DNA of 48,003 nucleotides, the filler included, from Jimgerdemannia flammicorona (Eukaryota), in NCBI GenBank assembly GCA_003990765.1. It is 2 parts of 2 records of this genome, joined end to end, with 100 filler letters (N's around TTAATTAATTAA, not from the genome) between each part and the next. Parts side by side here need not be neighbours in the genome. Positions count along the whole stretch, not along the records: positions 24,060 to 48,003 come from RBNJ01001043.1; 1 more part is not named here. The stretch is one strand, 5' to 3'. This document shows positions 35,901 through 48,003 of the stretch, in pieces. The notes under the pieces are model-generated. The model ran no database searches. It worked only from the letters and a program-made list of their open reading frames with translations, and was not told the DNA's origin. The number at the start of each line of letters is the position of its first letter. Positions within the stretch are counted from its first letter, which is position 1. A program made the translations under genes and the position numbers.

Positions 35901-38100
35901 TGGACACATTATCACTCCAAATGGAATCAAAGTGGACCCCAGCAAAATCTCTGCATTCAAATATTGGCCCAGACCCAAGAAGCTGAAAGACCTCCAGTCA
36001 TTCCTGGGATTAGCAAACTATTACAGGTGATTTGTTGCCAACTTTGCTAAAATTGCTACCACCCTCACCCAAATAACCAAGCACAGCAAGAAACAAGAAC
36101 AACTCTGGACCATGAAATAAGAGAAAGACTTCAACAATCTTGTGAATTGGGGATCTGAGCAAGATACCACCTTTTAAGCACTAAAAGATGCTTTGATAAC
36201 CACCCCAGTACTTTAAGCAGCAAATCCTGCCCTATCATATAAAGTTACTACTGATGCCTCTAACCTAGCCCTTGGAGCAGTACTCATACAAGAAGGACAC
36301 CCTGTGGCCTATCACTCCCACAAGTTTAATGAGGCCGAAATCAACTATACAACCCATGAAAAGGAAATGTTAGCCATCATAGACACCCTGATCAAATGGT
36401 GACCATATCTAGAAGGAGTACACTTTACTATATTGACCAACTACAAGTTATTAGTCAACATCAAGACACAGGCTACCCTTTCTTGAAAGCAAGCCAGATG
36501 GATGAAAGTTCTCACCAACTTTAACTATGAAATCCAGTATTGCCCTGGCAAGGAAAATATTATTGCTGATGTAATCTCCAGACCACCCATTGAAGAAGTT
36601 ATCCAAACTCTCACCTTGGTTACCAACACTATCATGGAGCAAATTATTGCAGCATGTGCTGATGATAAGAAAGCTCAAGCACTTTGAGAAATCCTGAACA
36701 GTGATGATACTGATAAGTATACACAGTATCACTAATACCAACTGAAGGACAATGCTATCTACTATAAGGACAGACTATATGTCCCAAACAACCAAGACCT
36801 CCGAAGGACTATCCTATTCGAATGTCATGATGTACCTACAGCTGGACATTTAGGATTCAACACATACTATGAAATTATCTCCTGAAACTTCTATTGGCCC
36901 TGCATGGCAGATTAGCTCAAAACCTACATCACTTTCTGTGATACCTACCAACGAAACAAGTCCTCAACACTAGCAAAACCCAGCTTACTTCACCCTATCC
37001 CAGTACCATCTATGAATTGTGAACAAATCTCTATAGACTTCATTGTACAACTACCCTGAACCAAGAATGGAAAAGATGCAATTGTTGTCTTTGTAGATTA
37101 CCTCAGCAAACAAGCCCACTTTGTACTTACTACCACTACTGCAATAGCACCAGACATAGCCACACTCTTATTTGACAACATCTTCCGCTATCATGGTCTT
37201 CCTAAGATCATTATTAGTGACCGAGACCTGAAATTCACCAGTCATTTTTGGAAAGCCCTTCATGCACACCTTGGAACAAAACTTACACTATCCACAACCT
37301 TTCACCCAGAAACTAATGGCCAAACCAAAAGAATGAACCAAACTCTAAAACAAATGCTAAGGAACTATGTTTCCTACAGACAAGATAACTGGTATGAACA
37401 CCTCACTGCAGTCGAGTTTGCCTATAACAATAGTAAGCAAGCCTCTCTCAGAATGACCCCATTCTTTGCCAACACTGGACAAAACCCAAACACCCCTTTG
37501 ACACTTATCCGAACTACTGAAGAACCCTCTACAGTTGAAGCTATTGAAGAATTCTTACTCCAAATGCGCAATCTAAGCCAGATTGCCATCAAGAATTTAT
37601 CACAAGCTCAAGAACAACAATTATAGTATGTTAACCAACACTGCCAAGAAGAAACCTTTGATATTGGAGAAAAAGTTCTACTAGACATCAGAGGATACTG
37701 AGTTGACAACCTCAAGCACAGACCATCTACAAAGCTGAACAGCAAGTTCATCGGACCATTTGAAGTCATTGCATAAGTCTCTCCAACCTCCTATAAATTG
37801 GTGCTACTAGATACTATTAAGATTCACCCATTCTTTAATGTCCAACATCTCAAGTGATATAATGAGAATGATAATGAACTATTCCCTAACCAAACCATGA
37901 AACCACCTGCACCTGTCATTATTAATGACCAAGAAGAGTATGAAGTTGAACAAATCCTCAACAAACATGGCCACAAGAACCACTCTGAGTACCTTGTTAA
38001 ATGGAAAGGTTATTCAATCCATGATACAACCTGGGAACCCAAGAGCAATCTCCAGAATACTACCGACCTAGTTCAAGAATATGATTCCTTAAACAACTAA
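32969..38100 (+). pseudogene. Gag-dUTPase-PR-RT-RH-IN-chromodomain polyprotein of A2 (~1710 codons; gag and pol in the same frame)
   Basis: CFYCQKTGHIASVC knuckle at 33913-33954; dUTPase ~34033-34440; [10 protein letters not shown]; integrase HHCC/DDE/GPF motifs; chromodomain EYEVEQILN..YLVKWKGY..TWEP at 37915-38100. Single frame after a 1-nt deletion near 33220. Confidence 0.95.
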
Positions 38101-38816
38101 AACCAAATACTCCACACCTATCTATACATACTATATATTACCCTCCCGAACATTATAATTATCGCAAACCAAACCAAGAACTCAGCAAAAGAAGACAAGA
38201 ATACCAACCCTCTGGAAAAAAATAGCAAAACTGAAAGCCAGCCTATTCTCTCTATACCACTGATGGGAAACAAGGCATAGACATTTAAGAAGATTCCATA
38301 AAGGAAATTCTCCAGCAGTGAATGATGTCAGAATCACTTCAGGTGCATAGCATTAAACACACAACCCTTTAACATGTGAATCCAATACATTAGGCAACTG
38401 TACTATGAGCATGCCACTTTCTGAAAAAATGGACTTTACTGGACTTTTGATCTTTCAAATGGTGTAACAACACTAAAACAAAATTAGAAGGCCCCGATGA
38501 GGACATCGAAAGCTAAGAAGGAGAGAGTTGTAAGCATACAACCTCTAAGCCACCAAAATTATATGTCACCTTCTGAACAAGCCACTGAAATCACATGCAA
38601 CCTCTGAACAAATCTGGAAATCACCTGCTTGATCATGAAGCTGAGTCAAACCGAAGTTATAGTGCACAAAGCTGAGTCAATACGAGGTCACAGAATACAA
38701 GATTCATACAAACAGAATCTTATCAATCAGGACCAAATGCATATATACCAAGCACTGAGATGCATCAAATCAGAGAACCAAAACAAACAACAACCACAAC
38801 TTCCAAATACATAAAC

Positions 38817-39914
38817 ATGACCACCAAGATCTATACCCATATCTATGCTGACATTTGGAATGCCATTGTCAACTGAGCCACACCCTCTCTACCCCTCATG
38901 AATATCCATAGTCTAGCACCCCTTTACTTTGTGGAAGTCCGATGAAATGCCCTAAACATACTTAATGAGGTCCACCAAATCAGACAAATCTCAAGCTACT
39001 ACCAGATCGGCCACCTTCTGGAAGACATGATCAAATACAACCATAATACAGATATTACCCAGATGTCTCAACACCAGAAGCTCATCGCCCACAAACATCA
39101 AGAACTCTTCTATGAGTATAACACTGTTATTCCCCATCTCCAAGTTACTACAGCTGAAATGGTTGCTACTCTGTCCTACAGTCAAATTGATGATATGATA
39201 TAAGAACTCAACCACATGTACCTTGAGTACATCAAAACCACAGACAGAACCTTCCCACACCCCGATGACCACATCCTGCAAATGCCCCAAGTTGGATATA
39301 CTATGAAGGCTGTTTATGATATAATCTGGTTCGATGAAGATGAAGCAGAAGATAATGATCTCTTTGACACCAACATGACCTCTAGCTAAGGATCTCTGCC
39401 AACTCTGATCATACTGCCAACCTTGCTAATGAACTTACAATAATTCATAACAACATACAAGACTTATTGGGACAATGACCACTAGTATGAATACTAACCC
39501 ACATTCATCCCCAATTACTTTAACTATAATGAAGAGACTGGAGAACACAACCTATATCTCCAGACAACCCTCGAGATCGAACCAACCACTCTGCCACCTG
39601 AGTATGAGTGACATGAACCACAACCGCCAGCTTACTACAACCCTGTGACTCATAGTGCTATAATCTATAGAAGGTATGCAGATAGCAAAACCAATGAAAG
39701 TGAAGACAATGCACTGCTCCTTCACCCACCAATACCTTATCCAGTATTTGAGACAGACGATGCTATCTTGTGAGATAGAGACAAAGTTCCAATGTATTAT
39801 TACCTCAGCAAATAAGGAGAAATAATCTGTGAACCACTCTTCCTAGATGACTACTTCATCAGAGATGATGCAATCGATGGTGATGTCATCAAAGACTACC
39901 TAGACAATGCCTAA
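38817..39914 (+). pseudogene. LTR U3-encoded ORF, third copy
   Basis: 1098 nt, colinear with 24450-25547. Confidence 0.78.
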
Positions 39915-40094
39915 ACCTATAAATAGCCTAGCAGTCATAGTATAGTTAGATTAGCCTTGTATGACATGACTGTAAACTGACTCAGCAGCCAGATGATCTC
40001 TTGACATATCAGATCACACTTGTACTACATGACTGCATTCTGACTCAGCAAGATACATACTTAGTGTTACATCAATATTTAGCATAGTCCAGAT

Positions 40095-40518
40095 TAGTGC
40101 TCCCAAATGAGTTGAATCAATTCGAATCGAATCGAATTGAGGGTTAAATGAGTCAAATCAAATTGGGGATTTTTCAATTCAAATTAATTCGAATCGAATC
40201 AAAAGTCAAATCGAATTGAGGGTCTAATTCAAACCCTAATTTTCAAAATGCAATAACTCAGCGTAAACTCATCCAAATCTAACGTACTTTAGCTCGTTAG
40301 AATCACATTAATACGGTGAATCTAATAAGCTAAAATATGTTAAATTTGGATGAGTTTTCGTCGAGTTATTACATTTTGAAAATTAAGGTTTGAATCAAAC
40401 TTCAAATTGAATTGGACCTTTGATTTGATTTGAATCAAATCAAATTGGACCCTTGATTCGATTGAATCAAATTGAGTTTGGGCCAAATTTAATTCGATTC
40501 GATTCGTTGAGAGCACTA
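40095..40518. mobile_element. hAT-type MITE, 424 bp, inverted relative to 14525-14915
   Basis: TIR TAGTGCTCCCAA/TTGAGAGCACTA; 8-bp TSD GTCCAGAT (40087-40094, 40519-40526). Confidence 0.92.
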
Positions 40519-41027
40519 GTCCAGATAGCCCCTCACTAGTATAAATACCTCCTCTCTCAGACCTCAGAATCTCAGACTCGAATACATAAGAACATTCCTG
40601 AATACTTCTCCACAATATCCCTTCACATAACTACTCCTAGTATAGCAATATCATGAATAGTGAATAAACCCATTTAATAACCCACAAACTACTCTTAAGT
40701 AAATCTACTCTCTGTTAGGTCCCACTCCTAACCCTATTATGAAATTTTCTAATTGGGTATTGTCTGCAGCAATATGCCAATTCAACTAAGCTGGTCTTAG
40801 TTTCTTAAACTTCCTGAAATACAGAAAATCCTGAACATCCAGAACTAGTCCAAAAAAGGACTTTGGTTGAGACATCAACCTGATCTTGAAATCAATAAGT
40901 GTAGAGGATGTACTCCATATGAAATTGATCTTGACCTACAAGAAAACAGTCTTCCAGAATATTCAGAACTTCCAGAAAATTCTTCTAGAACCATGTAACA
41001 GTTACCCTAACAAGTAACCCTCATACA

Positions 41028-44000
41028 ACTTGGTAGCAGCAGTTTACAATCCAATTTCACTTCAAGATGCTTCCTCACTCTGCTATAAACTCTTCTGAGA
41101 ATTCCTACAAGTTGGTATAAAGTCCAACCTCTGAACTGGAATTTATCCTGAACTATCTGACAATCTAGAGAGAATTGAACCTGACATACAAGGAAAATTT
41201 GACCTCCACACCTGCAATAAGTAGGACAAACTTCATTTGAAGAAAGAAATACTCCAGTTAAATCAGCAGATAGGTGAATCCCTATACACTGAACTTCTTG
41301 CACTACACCCAGCAAGTCAAGATGAAAAAGATCTTATAGAAACCTTTTTTACTCTTCTCAATAAAAGTTTTATCAGCTCTACAAATCTGAGTGATCTAGG
41401 ATAATCATCAGCAGTCTTTCTAGCCATAGTCCCTCATGAAGCCCAAGCCTCTGTAGCCAAGTGGCTCAACTCTACTGACTTTCACCATACCAGGACCAAG
41501 GCCACATTATACTACCATTTCCAGAACAGCAAGGCCTGCCATATTCTTAAGAAAGAAGCAAGAGAAACCCTTCATCAACAACCTGACCCCAAACCTGAAG
41601 CAGGTCCTGCTACAGCTCTACCTGAACCTGAAACCAATACTGAACCAGAACTTGTTTTTGAATTAAGTCCATCTGAAATCAGATATATGACTGATTCTGT
41701 CTACTTTGATGCTGAGCAAACCCAACTACACAGAGACCAAACTGAAGAGGAGGAGGAGTATCTTAGTAAATTTGATCCTGGATACACTACTGAAAAAGAC
41801 ACACCTCTATTAGGACAGAACACACCTATACAGCAACAAATAGCTATCTATCAAGCTCTTACTCCAGACCCACAACTACTACTCCAGCAACTTACACAGA
41901 CCCAAAGAACTCTATCACACTCTGCACCAGTACCTCAAGTAGTACCAGTAATACCACTACCAGTAGTCCAACACCTCCAGTAAACAATATGGCAAACCAA
42001 CAGATTATAGACCTCATAGCTCAGATAACCATAATAGCAGCAACCATTACTGCCTTAGCTGAACAGACCTGACCAATAAAAAATCTGAGCCTACCTATCT
42101 TCAATGGTACCACACAAGAAGTTCAAAGCTTCATCAGTATAGTTGATACCAACTTTGAAGCCAATCAATGGACAAATAAGCAAGTTGCTGACTGCCTTCT
42201 GATAAACAATCAAGACCACACTCTGGAACAACTCTTTGCTACCACTACAGCCTATGTCTGTCAAGTTGTTACATTCTTCTGAGGACCTGCTGAAGAATGG
42301 TGACAAACCCTTCCTGAAAAACCCCTCATATGGGACACCCAACCTGTAGTAGTTGCTCAGAATGCAGCAAATAATGCCCCAGAATATGGAGCCCATCCTG
42401 CAGCCCCTGGACTGAAACTACTCATGATTGCTCAATACCACAGTGAAACCATGATTGCTGAATCTCAAGTCAAACTCCATAACTTCAAATTCGATATACA
42501 TGGCAAAGAAGAATTCAAAACCTTCTGAACACTGTTGGCCTAGGATATATTGCCAATGGTGAAGCACAAAATAGTACAAGAGCAGACCATTTATTTGATA
42601 CACTATCTGAATAGCTTACTAGAAAAATCTGAGAACAAGGCCACCCAGTTGGTTGTAATCACCAACAATGATACTTGGCAAGAATCAAGACCATGGTCAA
42701 GTGAATCCTAACAGCTGGACCAATTCTGCCATGAAGACAATTCAACAATAAGGAAAAGACTTAGACCAAGAAAGAAGAACCCAAGCATGAAGCATCCTGA
42801 GCTCCCTTTATATCCACCTCTTGGATACCCAGAAATCATGAACCCACCCAGCTGAGTACCTTTAAGAAACTTACTAAAGGAGAAAGAAATAAACTTTGAA
42901 GAAGTGGAGCATGCTTCTATTGCCAAAGACAGGACATATGGTCAGTGCCTGCCCTAACTGAAAACCTTGAACAGCAATATGAGCAACTGTTACTACTCTG
43001 TACCATCTTAATAATCTGACCACCAGAATACTGAACTTTGTCAAGTTAAGGCAAACTGCCAAGGCCCCAACTAAAGGAAGTCAAAAAGCAGCTGGATATG
43101 ATCTGTATGCAGCCGAAGAAGCTACAGTTTCCAACTGAGAAGTTAAGCAAGTCTACATAGGAATCAGCATCCAAATTCTCAAAGGACATGTAGGAAGAAT
43201 ATGCTGTTGCAGCAGCCTAGCATTGAAAGGACTCTCAGTAGAAAGAGGAGTCATTGACAAAGATTATACAAGTGAAATTATTGTCCTCATCTGAAACCAT
43301 AGTTGGACACCCTTCAAGATCCCTATTGGTTTCTGTATTGCTCAGATCCTATTTGAAAAAATTGAGTCAACTCTGATAGTCAAGGAAGTCCCTGAACTAC
43401 TACTTATCATCCAAGGATCCAAAGGATTTGGCTCATCAAACAAGGCCCCAGCCCAACCTACCATAAATAAAGAAGAGCAATTCTATAAGAAGATTGAAGA
43501 TGGATATGTACCAAGTGGCTGATGTCCCCATGGTATTAGAATGTACTCTTTCTGAATGATTGATGATTGCTTCTCTTATATCAACAAACTGGCTCAAAGA
43601 AGAACCAACAGAAGGAAAGCTCCTACAACTGAAATCACCACCATTGGATCAGACAAACTGCTTATACTTCAAGCTTTTGTCAATCAAGCACTTGTCAAGA
43701 TTATGATAGACAGCAGTGCCTCAGGCAACTTCATCAATGAAGAAACAGCCAACAGACTCAAGGTCTTCACCTTTCCAGTACAACAAACTCAAGCAGTTGC
43801 CACAGCTGATGGAACCTCACATGTTATTAGCAAGGAAGTCTGCAATCTGCCCTTCAGAATTGGTGACTACCAAGTACATATTACCCTCCAGATCATACCA
43901 CTTCCTGATAATGAAATCATTCTTGGAACCCCATGGTTGAAATAAGAGAACCCTATGATCAATTGGGTAAACCATTCTCTAACCATCAAGAAAGAATGCC

Positions 44001-45875
44001 ACAACTTCAAACTGCAAGATAAAAAGGACCCACTCAGCTCCAGTGACTCTGGACCAAAGATCATCCACATCAACAAGCTACAGCTCAAGAAATTAGCCAA
44101 GAAATGCCCTCTCTTTGTCATCTCCATCTGTCTATCCAAAGGAGAACCCAAGAACTCTGAAGAAGACTTTTCCAAAGTTGACAGCTATGTTAGACCACTA
44201 CTCTAGAAAGTCTAAGACACATTTCTGAACTAAACTACAGAACCACCTGTACCTGTCATTATCAATGACCAAGAAGAGTACAAAGTTGAACAAATCCTCA
44301 ACAAATATAGCCACAAGAACCATCCAAATGGTACAACAATACTAGATCAAATTAGAAGGTCTCAATGAGGATATCGAAAGCTAAGAAGGAGAGAGTTATA
44401 AGCACATAACCTCCAAGCCACCAAAATTGCATATCATTCTCAGAACTAATTTGGAAACCATATGTGAGACTACAAAACAAGTTACTGAAGAGATCATCTG
44501 GTTACACAAAATATGCCAGCAAATATGAGAATCTACTACCATGATATAAGAATACCAGAAGAAGTACTATAACTATAAGACTGACTCTGAACCTCTATAA
44601 CTAGTTTAATGTACTGTACTATTACAAAAGGAAACTGAAAGTACCAAACTCAAACTGAGACAAGAAGGACCCTATCTCATCTATCAAGGGTTCATGAACT
44701 GCACTTATCAAACTCAAGATCAAGATATACCATGACTATACAAGACCTCATTACTTAGCAAAAGCAAAACATATTTGAACAACTCTGTTTACTCTATCTG
44801 TATCACCTCTATTGGAGAATAATGGATACTTCATCTGAACTCAAGAAAGCCAATATTGTCAAAACCAATCTCAAGTCATCCACATAATAGATATTACTAC
44901 TAAAAATTGCCTCAGATTATAGAAAATATCATTTCCAAGAGATTTGAACCCTCAGCTGTAATATTGAGAGTCCTCACCCTAGACAAGGATGGCCAGTCCT
45001 CACAAATGTGCCAGCAGGCCAAAAAAAAAGAGAACCAAGACCTGTTATTCTTGTACAACCAAGGATAGCCTTAATCTTGCAAGAGATAAAAGTGATAATA
45101 CCTTGAAACTAATGATATCAGAAGTCAGAAAACTGCTCAGACTTTGCCAGAGATGATATCATCAATAGTGATATCATCAAAGACTACTTAGATAGTATCT
45201 AAATCTATAAATAGTTTAGCAGTTATAGTATAGTTAGATTAGCCTTATGACATGACTGTGAACTGACTCAGCAGTCAGACAATCTCTTGACATATCAGAT
45301 CACACTTGTACTATGTGACTGCATTCTGACTCAGCAAAGCACTAAGTGCTATATCTATATTCAGTATAGTCCAGATAGCCCCTTACTAGTATAAATACCC
45401 CCTCCCTCAGACCTCAGAATCTTAGACTCGAACACATAAGAACATTTCTGAATACTTTCTCATAATATCCCTTTATACAACTACTCCTAGTATAGCAATA
45501 TCTGAATAGTAAATAAATCTATTTAATAACCCACAAATCACTCTTAAGAAAATCCACTCCCTGTTAGGTCCCACTCCTAACCCTGTCATGAAATTTCCTA
45601 ATTGGGTATTGTCTGCAGTAATATGCCAATTCAACTAAGCTGGTCTTAGTTTCTTAAACTTCCTGAAATATAGAAAATCCTGAACATCTAGAACTAGTCT
45701 AAAAAAGGACTTTGGTTGAGACATTAACCTGGTCTTGAAATCAATAAGCGTAGAGAATATACTCTATATGAAATTGATCTTGATCATAAGAAAATAGTCT
45801 TCCAGAATATTCAGAACTTCCAGAAAATCCTTCCAGAACTATGTAATAGTTACCCTAACAAGTAACCCTCTTATA
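41028..45875 (+). mobile_element. Family A copy A3: internally deleted (RT-RH-IN lost) with rearranged 3' LTR
   Basis: PBS at 41031, gag ATG at 41989, dUTPase and PR present. Jumps at ~44229 to the chromodomain start and at ~44325 to the pre-PPT UTR. LTR at 44397-45875. Confidence 0.92.
44397..45875 (+). repeat. Chimeric family A LTR (most of U3 replaced)
   Basis: LTR-like at ~44397-44462 and 45148-45875 (ends CTTATA); the ~0.7 kb between is unrelated to the other LTRs. Confidence 0.88.
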
Positions 45876-46731
45876 CTTTATCAATATATTTAATATTATA
45901 ATGATTGATTTAAATACTATAATGAAATAAATGATGTTAAAAAAGATATTTTCTCTACTCTATAAGATTTAGATTTAGAAAATTATTAAAAAATGATTAG
46001 AAGAGGATAAGATAAAAAAGGAACCATTTGAAGAAGACCAAAGGGAAGAGTTTAGAAATTGTTATAATCTTTATAGTATTTCTCTTAAAGATATAGTAAA
46101 AGATATTACTAAATGAATTGCAAAAGTTAAAATTGAATATAAAAGTTTCAAAAAAACTATTGAGAAACTTTTATTAGATTATTCTGAATTAACAGAAGAG
46201 GATATAAAAAATAAAAGAGTATATTGATTGGAAGAAGAACTACAAAAATTATTAGAGAAAATCAAAAATAGTAAATTAGATAAACTCAATAAGGTTGTTA
46301 TGAGAATTATTAAAAAATAGAAAATAAATACCAAAACTCACTTTATCTTCTTTACTAAAATTAGTAAGAAATGGAATGATAAAAAGGAAGTATCTTTAAA
46401 AGAGAAAATTAGAGATAAGTTGAAATTGTTAGAAAAAGAATATGAGAAAAATATTATTCAAGAAGCCAAGATTAAAAAACTTCAAGCAGAATTATATAAA
46501 TAAAAAAAATTATTAGTAAAAGAGTATGAAAAAATCAAAACTCAAAAGGTAGAAAAAGAGAACTTGTAAAGATAATTATATTTATTCAAAAAAGCTTTAT
46601 TTAAAATACCAAGCAAGTTTAAAATATTAGAAATAAAAATAAAAAGTAAATTTTTATAATTATTAGAAAAAGTTAAGTCTCAAACTTGAGAAATAGTTGC
46701 TTAGATAGAAGTTAAGACTAAGTATTAGTAA
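45876..46731 (+). pseudogene. AT-rich degenerate K/E-rich helical ORF, 3' part; possibly of endobacterial origin
   Basis: One frame 45979-46731 plus an upstream frame from 45876 (slip in an A-run). Stops are TGA, or TAA/TAG at positions where Gln fits. Ends ..IVA(Q)IEVKTKY followed by TAG TAA. Confidence 0.6.
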
Positions 46732-46745
46732 GAGAGTTAATTTAC

Positions 46746-48003
46746 ACCTCTTTCACAAGTAACATTTGGGTGACACAAGACTCAGACAATACTTTTTACT
46801 ATGTTTTTGGTGTCCAGCGACTATCAACATGGATGGCAATGATTGAACTAGTGAGTATACTGGTCAGGGGGGTGACAGCGCCTTTGGCTGGAGTAGGTGG
46901 AGAGGAGGGGAGATGGGTTGGGAATGCCGGGGGCCTCGATGGCTAGCTGAGGCCCTGGTGGTAGAGAGAGGGGTGGGCTAAGGCAGCAAGGAGGGGAGAG
47001 GTTGACCTTTACTGACAAGGTCAGAATAGGAAAGATGGCCTCAGGCCTTGATGGTTGGCTGGGCCTGGGGATGGTATCGATAGCTGCTGTTGGGGGACAG
47101 GGAGGTGTTCCCAGGAGAGTCTCAGGTGGCAGGAAAGGGGCAGGAGTAGGGGCTGGAGATGTGACTATTGATGGGGCTGTGACTGGGGATCTGGAAAAAA
47201 ATCCAGATATGACAGTGGTTGGCACTTCAGGAATAGAAGTGGGTACGAGGCCCGGGGACCTGACAGATGGGGTGACAGGCATGGTGTCGGCCCCATTACT
47301 CAAGAAGTTGAGGTCAGAATTTGCAGTCATGATGTGCTTCCGGGGCTTGGCAGTGATGGCAAGGATGATTTTGGGGCTGGTGGCACAGGAGGCTAAGAGA
47401 GCAGCATCAGTGAAGTTTTTGAAGGGTAAGGAAGGGGTTGAGGTGGGGTTTGAAGAGGAAGATGCCTTGTTGGCAGCCATGGAGAAGGGGGTAATAGTTG
47501 GCAGAGTTGTGGTCCCTATGGCCTGGTGCATGTGCTGGAACCCCCGAGTGATGCAGTTGATGGTATTGGACCTCCCTACTGTGTTGAAGGAAAGGACCAG
47601 GGAGTTGGTTGTGGAGGCGATCAAGGAGTATGGTGAGATTGTAGATGTTGGGTTCAAGGTCTGGGAGGGCATGGAGCTTAGAACTGGCGACGTCGATGTC
47701 AGGGTGAGGCTGGCTGAGAAGGAGAATACAGGGAAGTTGAGGGACTGACCAGCAATGCTGAGGTGGAGACTGGTGGAGTGTAAGGTCACCAGGGTAAAAG
47801 GGACTCCAGAGGAGGAGAAGGACCTGTTGGAGGCTCTGGAGGACCTGGAAGGGGCAGTTGCAAGGAGGAGATTAGCCTGGAAGGAGTTTGAGGCCTGGAC
47901 AGTGGTGGGGGAGGTGGATGGGAAGAGGGTCCAGATGGAGAAGGGGGCCTGGGAGAAGATGCAGGGGAGGAGGATCCAGAAGGAGCTGTTGGCGAAGTTG
48001 GGT
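46746..48003 (+). mobile_element. LINE copy L4, 5' UTR and ORF1 start (runs off window); same subfamily as L2
   Basis: CTTTCACAAGTAACATT.. matches the L2 5' end at 26455; ORF 47002-47748 is closely similar to 26733-27659. Confidence 0.93.

Larger units (their letters stand above)
24162..41027 (+). mobile_element. Family A copy A2, complete LTR-internal-LTR (with nested LINE L2 and MITE)
   Basis: 5' LTR 24162-26223, PBS, polyprotein 32969-38100, PPT 38515-38528, LTR 38529-41027. Confidence 0.96.
38529..41027 (+). repeat. Family A LTR shared by A2 (as 3' LTR) and A3 (as 5' LTR)
   Basis: Preceded by a PPT and followed by a PBS at 41031. Confidence 0.94.

Noticed and set aside
46848..47789. Long antisense ORFs (313 aa here; also 12158-12850, 26804-27379, 8461-9027)
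   Set aside because: Ser/Pro/Thr-rich shadows of the G-rich LINE strand, with no independent motifs.

Overview
The window is eukaryotic, most likely fungal, TE-saturated DNA with no intact host gene. It contains three copies of one Ty3/gypsy chromovirus family (A). Family A has ~2.06-kb LTRs whose U3 carries a 365-codon ORF, an initiator-tRNA(Met)-type PBS and a single Gag-dUTPase-PR-RT-RH-IN-chromodomain frame; copies 2 and 3 are in tandem and share a recombinant middle LTR. Also present are a heavily decayed second gypsy family (B) with dUTPase in a different position, four copies of a G-rich L1/Tx1-type LINE (two full-length with exact TSDs), a probable 3' fragment of another non-LTR element, two hAT-type MITEs inserted in family-A LTRs, and an artificial 100-bp scaffold linker. 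A very AT-rich degenerate ORF at 45876-46731 may derive from a Mollicutes-type endobacterium. Nearly all reading frames are broken by C->T/G->A stops with few indels. Protein reconstructions come from manual translation and copy-to-copy comparison; no database searches were run.
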